Assembly (NCBI GenBank): GCA_951406725.2
Contig: OX597835.1
Span: 25,358,001-25,422,000, forward strand
Source of the DNA: Octopus vulgaris
Taxonomy: Eukaryota
Reading direction: 5' to 3'
Length of the DNA stretch: 64,000 bases
The notes beneath the pieces were generated by a model. That model saw only the letters and a program-made list of their open reading frames with translations, did not search any database and had not been told where the DNA came from. How positions within the stretch are numbered: the first letter of the stretch is position 1; each line of letters starts with the position of its first letter. Of the stretch, positions 28,828 through 42,044 are shown piece by piece. Made by a program: the position numbers and the translations under genes.

Positions 28828-29700
28828 TGAGGTGGTGAGCTGGCAGAATTGTTAGTAACCTGGGGAAAAAAGCTTAGCGGTATTTCATCTGCTGCTACGT
28901 TCTGAGTTCAAATTCCGCCAAGATAGACTTTGCCTTTCATCCTTTCAGAGTCGATAAAATAAGTACCAGTTGTACATTGGGGGGTCAATGTAATCGATTT
29001 AACCCCTTCCCCCAAATTCCTGCCCTTGTGGCAAAATTTGAAACCATTATTATTATTCGTCTGTTATTATTATTACAACAAAGGCAGCAAGTTGGCAGAA
29101 TCGTTAGCACACTGGGCAAAATGCTTAGCAGTATTTCATATGCCACTATGTTCTGAGTTCAAATTTCACCGAGGTAGAATTTGCCTTTCGTCCTTCCGGG
29201 GTTGATAAATTAAGTACCAGTTGCGTACTGAGGTCGATGTAATCGACTTAATCCCTTCCCCCTAATATGAGGCCTTGTGCTTACAGTAGAAAGGACTATT
29301 ATCATTATTATTATGATAATGGTTTCAAATTTTGCAACAAAGGCAGCAATTTTGGCTGAAGGGATGACCCTAGTGTTCAACTGGTTCTTATTTTATTGAT
29401 CCCACCAAAATTGGCAGAATTTGAACTCAGAATGTAGCGATGGGCAAAATAAATAAATAAATAAATAAATAATAATAAGGCAATGAACTGGCAGAGCCTT
29501 TGAGCACGCTGGACAAAATGCTTAGTGGCACTTCATCTGTCTTTGTTTTAAGTTCAAATGCTGTCAAAGTTGACTTTCCCTTTCATCCTCTTGGTGTTGA
29601 TAAAATAAGTACCAGTTGAGTTGAGTACTGGGTCAATGTAATTGACTTAAGTCCCCCACCCAAAATTCCAGGCCGTATGCCTGTTGTAGAAAGGGTCATT
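28828..29700. mobile_element. Cluster of SINE family A copies separated by (TTA)n/(TAA)n tracts
   Basis: Three + strand copies (about 28828, 29080, 29477) and one partial - strand copy (about 29320-29450). Confidence 0.85.
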
Positions 29701-30254
29701 ATCATCATCATCATTATTATTATAATATCTTGGTGTTTCTTAAATTTCTATAATTTTTTGGTCTTACTTCTTTAAACTTTTTCTCATTAATATATAAACC
29801 ATAATTTTGTTTTATTAAATGTGGCATTTATAGCTTTTTTAATAGTGTCTGACTAATCACTGAGTATAATTGCAATGATGTTGAGGTAGTATGGGAAAGA
29901 GAGAGGACTAAGTTATTCAGTTTTTGTTTTCTTGTTTCATTTATTCTAAACAGTGTGCTTTTTATAATTATTAGGTTTTTTCCAAAATGAAAAAAAAATT
30001 TTTTATGAATCTTTCTCCATCATTGTCATTATCGTCAGCACTTAAGTGTTGATATGATGTCAACAGGGTTGTCTTGTCATATCCTGCTACAGTTTGATGT
30101 AGGGATTCCAGTTAGTTTAGAAAACTTTTACTGTTGCATTGGGCCTTTTCATTTTCTACTCTCATTAACAGGGTGGGCTGGCAGAGTTGTTGGCACATTG
30201 GACAAAGTACTTAGCAGTAGTTTTGGATCTTTGTGGTTTTCATCACTGCATACT

Positions 30255-30610
30255 CTCTTTACTCTTTTACTTGTTTCAGTCATTTGACTGCGGCCATGCT
30301 GGAGCACCGCCTTTTAGTCGAGCAAATCGACCCTAGGACCTATTTTTTGTAAGCCTAGTACTTATTCTATCGGTCTCTTTTGCCGAACCGCTAAGTTACG
30401 GGGATGTAAACACACCAGCGATGTTTGGGGGACAAACACTGACACACACACGACAGGCTTCTTTCAGTTTCCATCTACCAAATCCACTCACAAGGCTTTG
30501 GTCGGCCCGAGGCTATAGTAGAAGACACTTGCCCAAGGTACCACGCAGTGGGACTGAACCCGGAACCGTGTGATTGGTAAGCAAACTACTTACCACACAG
30601 CCACTCCTGT
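30255..30610 (-). mobile_element. SINE family B
   Basis: Matches 58317-58722. Confidence 0.85.
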
Positions 30611-30617
30611 GCCATGT

Positions 30618-31140
30618 TGAAATCTTTAGAAGAAATTTTAAATTTTTGATGCGGAATCCGAATTTGTTATTCATTTATTACAGAAAAATTTTGCAAAACT
30701 GTTACAGGTGTTCAGAGTTTGATATTTTTCAGAATTTTCAGCCAATCAGAAAACAGTGCGTTTTGCTGCCTCTTCCATCACCTGTCACAGTAGCAAGAAA
30801 GGGTGGGGGGGCCACCGGCAAGTCAAAACATTAAACTAGCTACAGTAAACAGTGAAAAATGTTCTAGAATCGAATTCCTACTGTTATGAAAATAAACACT
30901 TATAGAACATGTGGTGGATACACTCCTTGTGTGCATGCACAGCATCTTTGGTTACTATGGAAACAGAGTTTTTCGCAATCAACTATGGAACTTGTGGTGC
31001 TTCTTTACTTACTATGCTAACAGAACTTCACAGTGGTGTGTAAGATACCTGCTTCTGATTGGCCGAAATACCCAAATTTTGCAAAATTTAAGGGCTAATA
31101 ACATTTTAATCATAAATTTATGGGGAAAATGAATTTCAAT
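30618..31140. mobile_element. Old inverted-repeat element with CCAAT-containing arms
   Basis: Collinear inverted motifs ttgaaat / taaattt.tgat / tgttatt / aaattttgcaaaa / ttc(a/g)gccaatcagaa occur at both ends. Confidence 0.5.
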
Positions 31141-31415
31141 TTCATAATTAGTATTACAAAACTTAAACCAAATTAGAAAACAATTGGAACAAAATTGTAG
31201 ACAGTGATGATAGCCACAAAGATCCATATTTCTTTTTGTTATTTACTTTTCTGGGGTCAACTTTGCTTTTCATCCTTTTGGGGGTCAATAAAATAAAGGT
31301 TAAAAACTGGGGTCGATGTCGTCAAATAACTTCTGCCCTCTCCCACCCATTGCTGGCCTTGTGCTAAAATTTGAAACTATTATTTCTATCCTTTAACACC
31401 TCTTATCTGCAATTG

Positions 31416-31712
31416 TGAAGGCATGTGGTTTAGTGATTAGGGCATTTGGCTCAGTGATAGGGTCATGAGTTCAATTCCTGGCGACACATTGTGTCCTTGA
31501 GCAAGACACTATTTCACGGTACTCCAGTCCACTCAGCTGGCAAAAATAAGCTGTACCTGTATTTCAAAGGGCCAGCCGTATCACATTCTGTGTCACACTG
31601 GATCTCCCTGAGAAGTATGTGAAGGAGATACACGTGTCTGTGGAGTGCTCAGCCACTTGCACATTAATCTCAAGAGCAACTGGGACCCTCGTCGTCATAA
31701 GCAACGGAGTTC
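31416..31712 (+). mobile_element. SINE family D (tRNA head plus gtgtccttgagcaagacact core)
   Basis: A-box-like tggtttagtgattagg and B-box gagttcaattcc. Reverse-complement copy at about 8898-9170. Shared 5' half at about 7080-7220, 17305-17450, 31840-32020 and 61480-61615. Confidence 0.78.
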
Positions 31713-32686
31713 CAGTGCCAGTTATGTGCAATCACTGCCAGAGGCCTTACATATCTTATCATCATCCTGAGCCACTCCTATCTTTCACCATCACTTGCTA
31801 CAGTCACTTTTATTCCATCTCTAACCATTTCTCCTTTGTGGTTAGGGTGTTGCATTCATTATCATAAGATCATGGTTTCAATTCCTAGAATGAGCAGTGC
31901 ATTGTGTTCTTGGGCAAAACGCTTCATTTCATGTTACGCTTGCTCATTCAGCTGTAAATGTGCTCCTGCAATAGCTAAGAAGTTAACTCTGCGATGGACT
32001 GGTGTCCTGCTCAGTGGGTAGTGTTGTAACTTTAGTTATGTCACTTACATACCATGGAAAGTGGGCTAAGCTCTGGCCTTACAAGTATTGGGTCTTGTGA
32101 CAGACCTGAGTAAGTAAGACTCTTGTGTAAAATGAATCGCGTTAGCAATGGTTACAGATGGATGCAGTTGATGGCTGATCTCTTCACATCTGCAGGAAAA
32201 CTGGGGCTGCAAGGCAACTGGACATGTGGTCAAAATGAACTCTGCTAAAGGCAACCAAGGACCAGGTGGTGATGTTAAACTGGGCAGTATTAGTCTACCA
32301 TAAATATAGCATGTGTGTGTGTGTGTATGTGTGAGAACTATAGGTAAAGGACAAAGTAGAGAAGGAAATGGATGCTACTTTAGCATGGAGTTTACTGCTG
32401 TATTTATAGTTTACTCTGTGTCATGACTTGATCTGGGTTGGGATTAAGGGTTACTGGTTAGGGTTTAAGATTAGAGTGAGTCGGACTTCATGCTCAAGTG
32501 TTAAATGGCAAAATGGCATGGTAGACTGCATGATGAAGTGGCATCAGGAAATGAATATGTTCTGTTGATAATCTATACTTATAAATGTCAATGTATCTTT
32601 GTGCTGAACAATACCGCAATTTCTCAAGCAAGGATTTACCAAAATTGCCACACAAATCAAAATTCATCTCAGAATGGTATATAAAG

Positions 32687-32720
<34 letters not shown>

Positions 32721-34462
32721 CAAAGCAAAATTAGGTCAAAGTTCCCCCTGAGGCAATATCTGCACATTCTCATGTGCATGCTCTTGCACACACACACACA
32801 CACACTAACAGAATGTGTAACTATGGTAGCAACAACTATTCAAAGACTGTTTTGCATTTAGTCTTTCAGTTTCTGTGTTTTCATTGAACGGTTCATTTTG
32901 CATGAAATTTGTTTTTTCTCTGTGAACCATGACCCATAAAAACTGTCTGTAACCTATTGTTTAACCCCACCCCCAAAGCTGACGTATTTAGCAAACTGAG
33001 TATTGTTGTATATTAAACAACTTTCTCATAACGATTGTCTTTTATTTTCTTACAAAATTTTACAAGCATACAAATTGAAGGTATGACACAGCATTTATGA
33101 CTAATATATAATATAGAATACAATAATGGGTTCAGCTTTGATACAAGGCCAACAGTTTCGGTGGGTTGGCTTAGTCGATTGCATTGACCCCAATACTCAG
33201 CTGATACTTATTTTGTTGACTCTGAAAAGATGAAAGGCAAAGTTGAACCCACAAGGTCCATAGCCAGAGGAAATGTCACTAAGCATTTTGTCTGGTGCGG
33301 TTATGGTTCTACCAGTTTGTCACCTAATTAACAAACAGTAAATGATATAGTTCCGGGTTCAGTCCCACTGTGTGGCACCTTGGACAAGTCTCTTCTACTA
33401 TAGCTTTGGGCTGCCCAAAGCCTTGTGAGTGGATTTGGTAGACAGAAACTGAAAGAAGCCCGTCGTGTGTATTTGTGTCTTTGTCCCACACCACCGCTTG
33501 ACAGCCGATGTTGGTGTGTTTACGTTCCCATAACTTAGTGGTCTGGCAAAAACAGACCGATAGAATAAGTACTAGGCTTACAAAGAATAAGTCCTGAGGT
33601 GGATTTGTTTGACTAAAGGCAGTGCTCCAGCATAGCCGCAGTCAAATGACTGAAACAAAAGAATAAAAGAAAAATAGTATACAATAATGAAGATATTACA
33701 AGTCCTTCATCTCAGTATTCTTTCATTCATTCACTGTTTCATATCACCATCATTATCATTTTAATGTCTACGTTTCCATGCTTGCCTTAATTAGATGGAG
33801 TCTGTTAAGACAGATTCTTTATGGCTGGATGCCTCTCCTATCACCAACCCTTACTGGATTCTAAGCAAGCTAATTGTTTCTCATGGCTGACATCTGTTTC
33901 ATGGAAGACTGGAAACCAGAACATTGATGGATGCACAAGATCTAAACCAGTTTTCTTAATGCTACAAAGTGGAAAAACATCAGTCCCTACAAGCCAATAA
34001 GGAAGTCTCTATGTAGTCACTAGACCCGCAGAAAATAGCAGCTAAATTTGTTTCAAATCACACCTTACTGTCTTTGTCTAAACCTGTTAGAATTTAACCC
34101 TTTAGGGTTTGAACTGGCTGTATCCGGCTGAAATGTTCTACCCGTTTTATGTTCAAACTTGCCAGAACCAGCATCTCACACCTACTCTGTGTGAATAAAA
34201 TAATCTGATCACTGAAGCTGTTTCTATAGACCAGTAGCTCTAAGACTGGGCTAATGTTACTTCTTGAGATACAGGCAATACCAGTAACAAATTAACAGTT
34301 AAATAATTGTCATGTTAAAATATCATTTCTTCTAGTTTATTATTTCAAGTGGTGGATTATGATTTTTATCTGGAATCTGAATTCAAACCCAACCACTTTT
34401 CATGTAACATTTCATCCTTGGTCCAATACTGATGTTGATTTGATTTACTGTATGCACCTCTA

Positions 34463-34908
34463 GGCGTACTGTTGCGGACTTGTAGTCACTGGCGTCCTGT
34501 TGCGGACTTGTAGTCACTGGCGTCCTGTTGCGGACTTGCAGTGTTGCAGTCACTGGCGTCCTGTTGCGGACTTGCAGTCAGTGGCGTCCTGTTGCGGACT
34601 TGCAGTCAGTGGCGTCCTGTTGCGGACTTGCAGTCAGTGGCATCCTGTTGCGGACTTGTAGTCACTGGCGTCCTGTTGCGGACTTGTAGTCACTGGCGTC
34701 CTGTTGCGGACTTGCAGTCACTGGCGTCCTGTTGCGGACTTGCAGTCAGTGGCGTCCTGTTGCGGACTTGCAGTCAGTGGCGTCCTGTTGCGGACTTGCA
34801 GTCAGTGGCATCCTGTTGCAAACTTGCAGCCAATGGCGTCCTGTTGCAAACTTGCAGCCATTGGCATGCTATTGCAAACTTGTAGCCATTGGCATGCTGT
34901 TACGAACT
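34463..34908. repeat. 28-bp minisatellite, about 16 units (GGCGTCCTGTTGCGGACTTG(C/T)AGTCA(C/G)T)
   Basis: Unit starts at 34463, 34491, 34519, then an 8-nt insertion, then 34555...34891. No spacers between units. Confidence 0.97.
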
Positions 34909-35351
34909 GTAAACTATACATCATTGGATGTTGTGTCATAAACTATAGGTACTTGTGCACTATTGTACAAATGTATAAACAGTGTGTGTGTGTGTGTGTG
35001 TGTGTTTATACACACACACACACACACTTGTATAGTAGTATATAGACAGCAGTATAGTATATACATCAATATAACGAGAAGAGGACTATTCATAGAAATT
35101 GATTTGTTTCCTCTTCTCTGTTTCTGGATGCAGCTAATTAAGTGTTATTTAATGAAATTACAGTGATAATCTTATTGTACAGTGGAGTAGAGTACTGTGT
35201 ATGTTTAAGCTGACCTCTCCTGGGATAATTGTAGACAGGTCAATAGAGTTAGGTGTCAGTTGATCTGCATAATGGAATATTTCCCTTACTGCTAACTAGT
35301 ATGATTTTAAGATGGGGATTCTCTGAAGTATAAAGTTGGTGAAAGCACTAA

Positions 35352-35407
<56 letters not shown>

Positions 35408-36427
35408 TGCGAGGGTGGAGGTGCTATACACACACACACACACACACACAAGTAAATCTAATCAATATTCAAACAAGGCTGCCATCGTCAACTGAATAAA
35501 TGCTTGATGATGGCTTTTAGCATTCCTATAGTAGCCATTAATTTTACATGTTACTTAACTATTTTTACACACATACGCACACACACAAATGCATATGGGG
35601 CATATCAACACATTCTCTTTTCATCCTGTCTGTTGTCCTTCATTCTCTCTCTTGCTCACTCTCTCTTCACCTTCCAACCGAAAACATAACACTAAATTGT
35701 ATAACCGCCTTATTCACTTTAATTCTATTTATTATTATTATTATTATTGTTATTATTATTATATTTTCACAAGTGCCACAGTTTCTTTACGCAGAGTAAT
35801 ATTTCATTTGCACTCTTGCACTCATCTGACTGTCTACTCTGTTTGGCCTGACCTAAGTGCATACAACCACAAGTATTGCAACAGCAGCATCATATTATGG
35901 CTGTACTTGGGAATATTTTATAACTTAAACAAAACTATTAAATGGCTGTGTGGTTAAGAAACTCGGTTTTCAGCTACATGGTTTTGGGTTCAGTCCCACT
36001 GTGCAGCACCTTGAGCAAGAATCTTCTGCTATAGCACTGACCTAGTGAATGAATTCGGTAGACAGAAACTCTGTGGAAACCTGTTTTTATGTGTGTCTTT
36101 CTGCTATCATTTGACAACCAGTATTGGTTTGTTTATATCTCTATAACATAGCAGTTTGGCAAAAGAGAATGACAAAAAATTAAGCCTAAACATAAGAACA
36201 AGTAGTGGGACCAATTTGATCAACTAAAATTCTCAAGGCAGTGCTCCAGCATGGCAGCAGTCCAATATCTGAAACAAAAGCTGAAAGATTAAGATGGCCT
36301 TGTTTGGTCAAGCCAGTGCAGGATAATAATAATTTATGACCACCACTTAAGAATCTCAGCTGAATGGATGACTGTCAGAATGATGTGGGCACCTGATGAG
36401 AACCCAATAAGGTTCGAAAATTGATTA

Positions 36428-37810
36428 AAGGTAGTGAGCTGGCAGAAACATTAGCACACTGGGCGAAATGCTTAGCTGTATTTCGTCTCTCTTTACATTC
36501 TGAGTTCAAATTCTGCCCAGGTCGACTTTACCTTTCATCCTTTCGAGGTCAGTAAATTAAGTACCAGTTGCATGTTGGAGTTGATCTAATCAGCTGGCCT
36601 CCTCCCCCAAAATTTCAGGTCTTGTGCATAGAGAAGAAAAGAATATCTTATTTGATGATAGTGTATAGGTATTGAATGCCTTTTATGTTAATTATCAGAC
36701 AGGTACTGGTTGTAATAAAGTGTAAACTTGGCTGTGTAGTTATGAAGCCTACTTAGCAACAGCATGGTTTCAGGTTCAATCCCACTGCATGACATATTAG
36801 ACAAGTGTATTTTTCTATGTCCTTGGGTTAACCAATGCCTTGTAAGTGAAATTGGCAGGTGGAAATTGTACCGATACCTGTCGTGTGTGTGTGTGTGTGT
36901 GTTAATTTTGATTCCATGTGTCTGCATTATTTAACATTGATGAGTGAAAAGCATCGATTACATTCAACAGTAAACAAACAGTTGCTATGTGTAGACCAAT
37001 GGATTGAAAAGTTACCTCATTAGCCTTAGGCCTTAATTAGAAACAATCGTTAGGCATGCCAGGCAAAATGCTTTACAGCATTTCGTCCATTTTTGTGCTC
37101 TTGCTCAAAGCCCACTGGGGTTGACTTTCCTTTCATCCTTTTGGGGTCGATAAATTAAGTACCAGCAAAACACTGGGGTCAATGGAATCGACTTATCCTC
37201 TTCCCCCCAAAATGCTACCCTTGTGGCAAAATTTGAAATCATTATCATCATTATCATCATCATCATCATTATTATTTAAGGCACTGAGCCGTTAGCAAGC
37301 CGGGTGAAATGCTTAGTGATATTTCGTCTGCTGCTACACTCTGAGTTCAAATTTTGCCATGGTCAACTTTGCCTTTCATCCTTTCGGGGTGAATAAGTAC
37401 CAGTTACGCACTGGGGTCAATGTAATTTTCAAGGCCTTGTGCCTAGAATAGAAATGTTATTATGGCAGCAGGCTGGCAGGATTGTTTGCACACTGGACAA
37501 AACTGCTTTCACATTCAGAGTTCAAATTCTGCTGAGGTTGATTTTGCTTTTCATTCTTTTGGGGGTCAACAAAATAATTAACATAGGAGCACTGGTGTTG
37601 ACATAATCAACTAGCCCTTGTACACAAAATTTCAGACCTTGTGCCTTTAGTAGAAAATTAATTATTGAAAGGTGGTGGTTGGCAAAATTTATAAAGCATT
37701 GAAGAAAATACTTTGTCGTATTTGGTTATGTCCTAAGTTCAAACCCCACTGGGCCAACTTTGTCTTTCTCTTCAGAGTTGATAAAAACTCAAATGCTGGA
37801 GTTGGTTAAA
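36428..37810 (+). mobile_element. Cluster of SINE family A copies, with a CORE-type SINE at about 36725-36880
   Basis: Repeated ggcgaaatgcttag...gagttcaaatt...cctttcatcctttc blocks. Confidence 0.8.
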
Positions 37811-38046
37811 TTTCCACACTGTTCCCCTTCGGAAAATATTAATATTATTAATGATACTATAATGATAAAACTGCTCTGGCAATAGCATCTGTTAACTTTC
37901 TCCTACAACTGGGCCTTCGTTTAGCTGAACTTCTAGGTTTTGGTGGGATTGAAAAAATATTTTGTTGATGCCTAATGCTAGAACATAGCCATTTTGTGAA
38001 TGAGTGAGAGCTATCAACTGTCTCAATTAACTCGAGTACTAATACC

Positions 38047-38280
38047 TATTTCTTTATTACCCACAAGGGGCTAAACACAGAGGGGACAAACAAGGACAGA
38101 CATAGGTATTAAGTCGATTACATCGACCCCAGTGCGTAACTGGTACTTAATTTATCGACCCCGAAAGGATGAAAGGCAAAGTTGACCTCGGCGGAATTTG
38201 AACTCAGAACGTAGCCGCTGACGAAATACCGCAAAGAATTTCGCCCGGCGTGCTAATGTTTCTGCCAGTTCGCCGCCTTA
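38047..38280 (-). mobile_element. Young full-length tRNA-headed SINE, family A (central gcctttcatcctttcggggtcgataaa, Meta-domain-like)
   Basis: 19-bp TSD taact(c/t)gagtactaatacc at 38028-38046 and 38281-38299. B-box-like gagttcaaattcc. Near-identical to copies at about 2197-2434 and 63537-63752. Confidence 0.88.
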
Positions 38281-39063
38281 TAACTTGAGTACTAATACCG
38301 TAATGTGTTTGTGTGCATTGATCCCCTTACTTTCCACTGTCATGTAGATTCTAGATCCAGGATGAATGTTGATATCTTCTCCATCCTAATTCTGCAGATG
38401 GCAAAGGATGAGGAGTAATCGGTAACACAGATGAGTAGTTGCCATTCTTGTAAGTTGACACTGTATATTTAGCAGACCCCACACATATTATACAGTTCAC
38501 TCACTGAAAGATTCTCTCCCTGTTCTGTGCATGCGTTTAACTGTGATGTAGTATCATGTTTCTTAGACATGCCTCATATAGCTTTGTTGTACAAAGACCA
38601 AGAGAAATAGTCACTTGATTGTCAACAAAGCACCAGATATCTCTTTCTCCCTCCCTCCCTCTCTCTCTTGTGCTACTTGCTATCTTCTCAGCAAATTCCT
38701 TCTACCTGCTTTCTCTTTGTTTTTCTCGCAGTCTACTTATCTCCCTCTCTTTTTCTCTTTCTTTCTGTCTCTTTCTCTCTTTCTCTTGTCCCACTTCTAT
38801 GTATATCTTCAATTATCTTTGTGTCTGTCTGTACCAAGAAAGTAACCCTTATCTTATTGTTGGTCATTATTCTCTAACTTTATATAATAATTCTGAAGCA
38901 ACCATTGTCTGTCCTAAGCAAATTAATTACTCAATCCTTGGCAAAGTATTCATACTGAAATGTGCAAATAAGTAAAGCATGCTGGCTGTTTAAGTAAGGG
39001 ACCACTAGAAATAACAGCTAAATCTCCCCTATATAACATCCTACTGTATTAAAATAGCACATA

Positions 39064-40713
39064 TTAACTCTTTAGCATTCAGATTATTCTGTCAAATGTA
39101 ATGCTTATTCATGTTTTGAATTAATCATACATTATCTGCATAGCTTTGAGATTTCAATGATGTGACTTTATTTTTAGAATGACATTGTAAGGTAAGTGTG
39201 AGAGGCTGGATCTGGCCAATTTGAACATAAAACAATTGAAATCGTAGATATCCCTAAAAAGACAAGATAAACAAGGCTCAAGTGTGTCTATAAATTTTGA
39301 CTTGGTGGGGTGGGGTTTAAACAATTTTGAATCTATGAAACTGTATGCACTCTTATGGTTAAGACAGTCGTCTGACCCATTTCAATTTCAACACCACAAA
39401 TGCATCAGTTAGATGGAGGAGGTGGTTGAGATGGTCTCACCACGTTACTGTATTAATCATGCATTATCTTGTCGCTTTGAGATTTCTATGATGTAATCAT
39501 TTGTTTTTAGAATGACATTGTAAGGTAATTGTGAGAGGCTGGATCTAGCTAGTTTGAATATAAAACAGAATATCAGGCCAGATATGGCCATTTAAATACT
39601 TAAGTGTTAACCTGTGCAAATAGTTTGATCTGAAGCCAGTGGCCTACTGGTGGCCCTTCGGAGATTGTGCTAACTTGAGTGCCATCTATAAACTTGATGG
39701 GAAAGAAGAGAATATGGGTTTAAGCACCAACTTATACAACATTTTCCCAAGGAGTTACCTGTGAATTAGAGACTGGTGACAGGCCATCATCACAAAACCA
39801 ATTTCACCTTATCTCTTTTATTGTCTGTGGTACTATGCAATGGAAAATGCAGTAAGAACTAGTACACTGCCTAGTCAGATAGCTTGTAAATGGTAGACTC
39901 GGTTACAGGCACCCAAAATTCTGTTCTGGGTTATTGTATAATGAAACCCTAGATTTTGACTTGACTGTTCAATTAAGTTGATAATTCTTGAGATTGGTTT
40001 CAGATTTTGGCATCAGGCCGGAAATTTAGTGGGGAGGACCTAAATTGATTAAATTGACCTCAGTGTTCATCTAGTACTTACTTTATTGACCCTGAAAGGA
40101 TGGAAGGCAAAGTCAACCTCAGTGGAATTTGAATCCAGAAAATTAAGAAAGATGAAATACCACTAGGCATTTTGCCCAGCATTCTAGTGATTCTACCAAC
40201 TTGCTACCATTATTAACTCTTGATATTAAGTGACTTTTGGCAGACTAGAACAGTGGACTTTGCATGTGTTTAGTTGTATCTAGAAAGGCTTCATTATTTT
40301 AACTCCTTTAGTATTTATACCCAGCCATATTCTGCCCAAATATTCTTGTTTTATGTCCAAACCAGCTGGATCCAGCCCCTCATACCCACCCAGCAATGTC
40401 ATTCTAAAAATAGTCACATTGAAATCTCAAAGCTATGAGATAATGCATTATATGAATAAGCATTACATTTGACAAAGTAATCTGAATGCTAAAGTATTAA
40501 ACTAGCCATACCTAATCAAGATATTCTACCTGTTTTAATGTTCAAACTAGCTGGATCCAGCCACTTGTACCAACACAGCAATGTCTTTCTAAAAAATTAA
40601 ACAGTCACCTCATTGAAATCTCAAGGCTACAAAATAATTCAGAATGAATTCAGAACAACATGAATAAATAAGTATTACATTTGACAGAAACATTCTGAAA
40701 GCTAAAAGGTTAA
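39064..40713. mobile_element. Cluster of four piggyBac family-2 MITE copies (about 39064-39240 and 39453-39610; inverted tandem pair about 40298-40713)
   Basis: Repeated motifs gaatgacattgtaaggta..tgtgagaggctggatct and their reverse complements. Confidence 0.7.
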
Positions 40714-42044
40714 TTAATCCTTGAACACTCACAAAATCTCTAGAGAATTATTGACCACCTAACATTCTGTATCACATGGGAACAGAAGGACAATCATTTC
40801 ACCATACCAGCATATCTTCCTCGCCACTTCCTTACACACCAGCAGCTCTTGGTAGTCTTTGATCTACCGTATAACTGTCCAGCTCTTGCTTTCTTTAATT
40901 ACAACTGCATTTATCTTTTATCTCTCCTCCATCCTGCTGGTATGATGGTGGGGGAGTAGAGCAGTGCTCATAACCCTTCTAGTCTCTGTAAGGGATAAGA
41001 GCAACTCAATGGGCGAAGTCGGTGCAGCCAATGTTGTATGTGTACCGGTGTAGGTCAGTGGGTCAAGAGTCAGGGAATTTCCTGTATGGAGTAGTTTTGA
41101 GGCAGGGAGGATTTGGGATATGTGTCATGCTCAGGACAGAAGAAAATGGAGAGATAAGACACAAGAATGGCTGTGTGCTGAACAAGCTTGCTTCCTAATC
41201 ATGTGGTCTCAGGTTCATTCCCGCTGAGTGGTACTTTCCAGCAAATGTTTTTCTATTATAGACCTGGGCTGACCAAAGCCTTGTCAGTGGATTTGGGTGA
41301 TGAAAACTGAAAGAAGCCTTTGTGTTTGTGTGTTGTAACAACATGGTTGTAAACAAGCATCACTGTCATACAAGCAATGTTGTTCAGTTCCAGTCTCCAG
41401 TAAAAAAAAAAAAAATGCCATGAGGGAAGGTGACAGGAAAGTATCCAGCCACAGAAAATTTTCTTCAAATTCCATTGGAATTTGGCAAGCATGGGAAAGT
41501 AGGCATTGGATGATGATGATGAAAGATAAGTAACATCAAATGGCTTTCAGTAAGGACTACTGTAGCAGAAGTGCAATAAAATATACACTGGTTGAGTTTT
41601 TTTTTTGTTCTTTGAGGGAGAATTGATTGTTATGCTTAGGAGGTTGAACAACCATCCAGAGGCTCTGTTGTTGGCTTGTGACCATTGGTTGTTGAGTCTT
41701 AGGTGCGCATTCCCTAAATTCCAGTAATGTTCAAGCGTTGTATTTCTTCCTTCCAAGATAGCATTTACTTGCTCTAATACCCTCCGCTCTGCACTACATG
41801 CTGGCTGTCAAGTTTTTTGCCCCCTTTTCAAATTGTTCCTCTCTTCCTGCTCACCCTTGTCTAGGAGTGGTTGGTTAGCAGCAACCACTTTACATACTTA
41901 GAAGAGGGGGGGAAAAAAACCTGTTCTGAATCATTAGGCATCTTCCTCCTGTTATGTGATGTAAGCTGAGGATTGTGATACGACAAGGTGGAGGGTGGTT
42001 GTGCTTGTGAGAGAGGGAGAGAGAGAGAGTGAAAGAGAGAAGAG

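Noticed and set aside
30911-31132. ORF containing WCF, resembling the B55 WCFSQVKG exon
   Set aside because: It continues WCFFTYY with no further similarity and lies inside an inverted-repeat element.
31416-31490. tRNA-like A/B boxes here and in many other places
   Set aside because: These are SINE heads. No complete cloverleaf is present.
34541-35045. ORFs of 69-114 aa with repeating Cys-rich peptides, and a possible CRISPR-like array
   Set aside because: They are translations of the 28-bp minisatellite. The units abut with no unique spacers, and the context is eukaryotic with no cas genes.
40780-41150. Possible LINE reverse transcriptase fragments (also about 44170-44440 and 53170-53340)
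   Set aside because: Only 3-4-residue resemblances (WYG, ISRGTR), which cannot be supported without a search.
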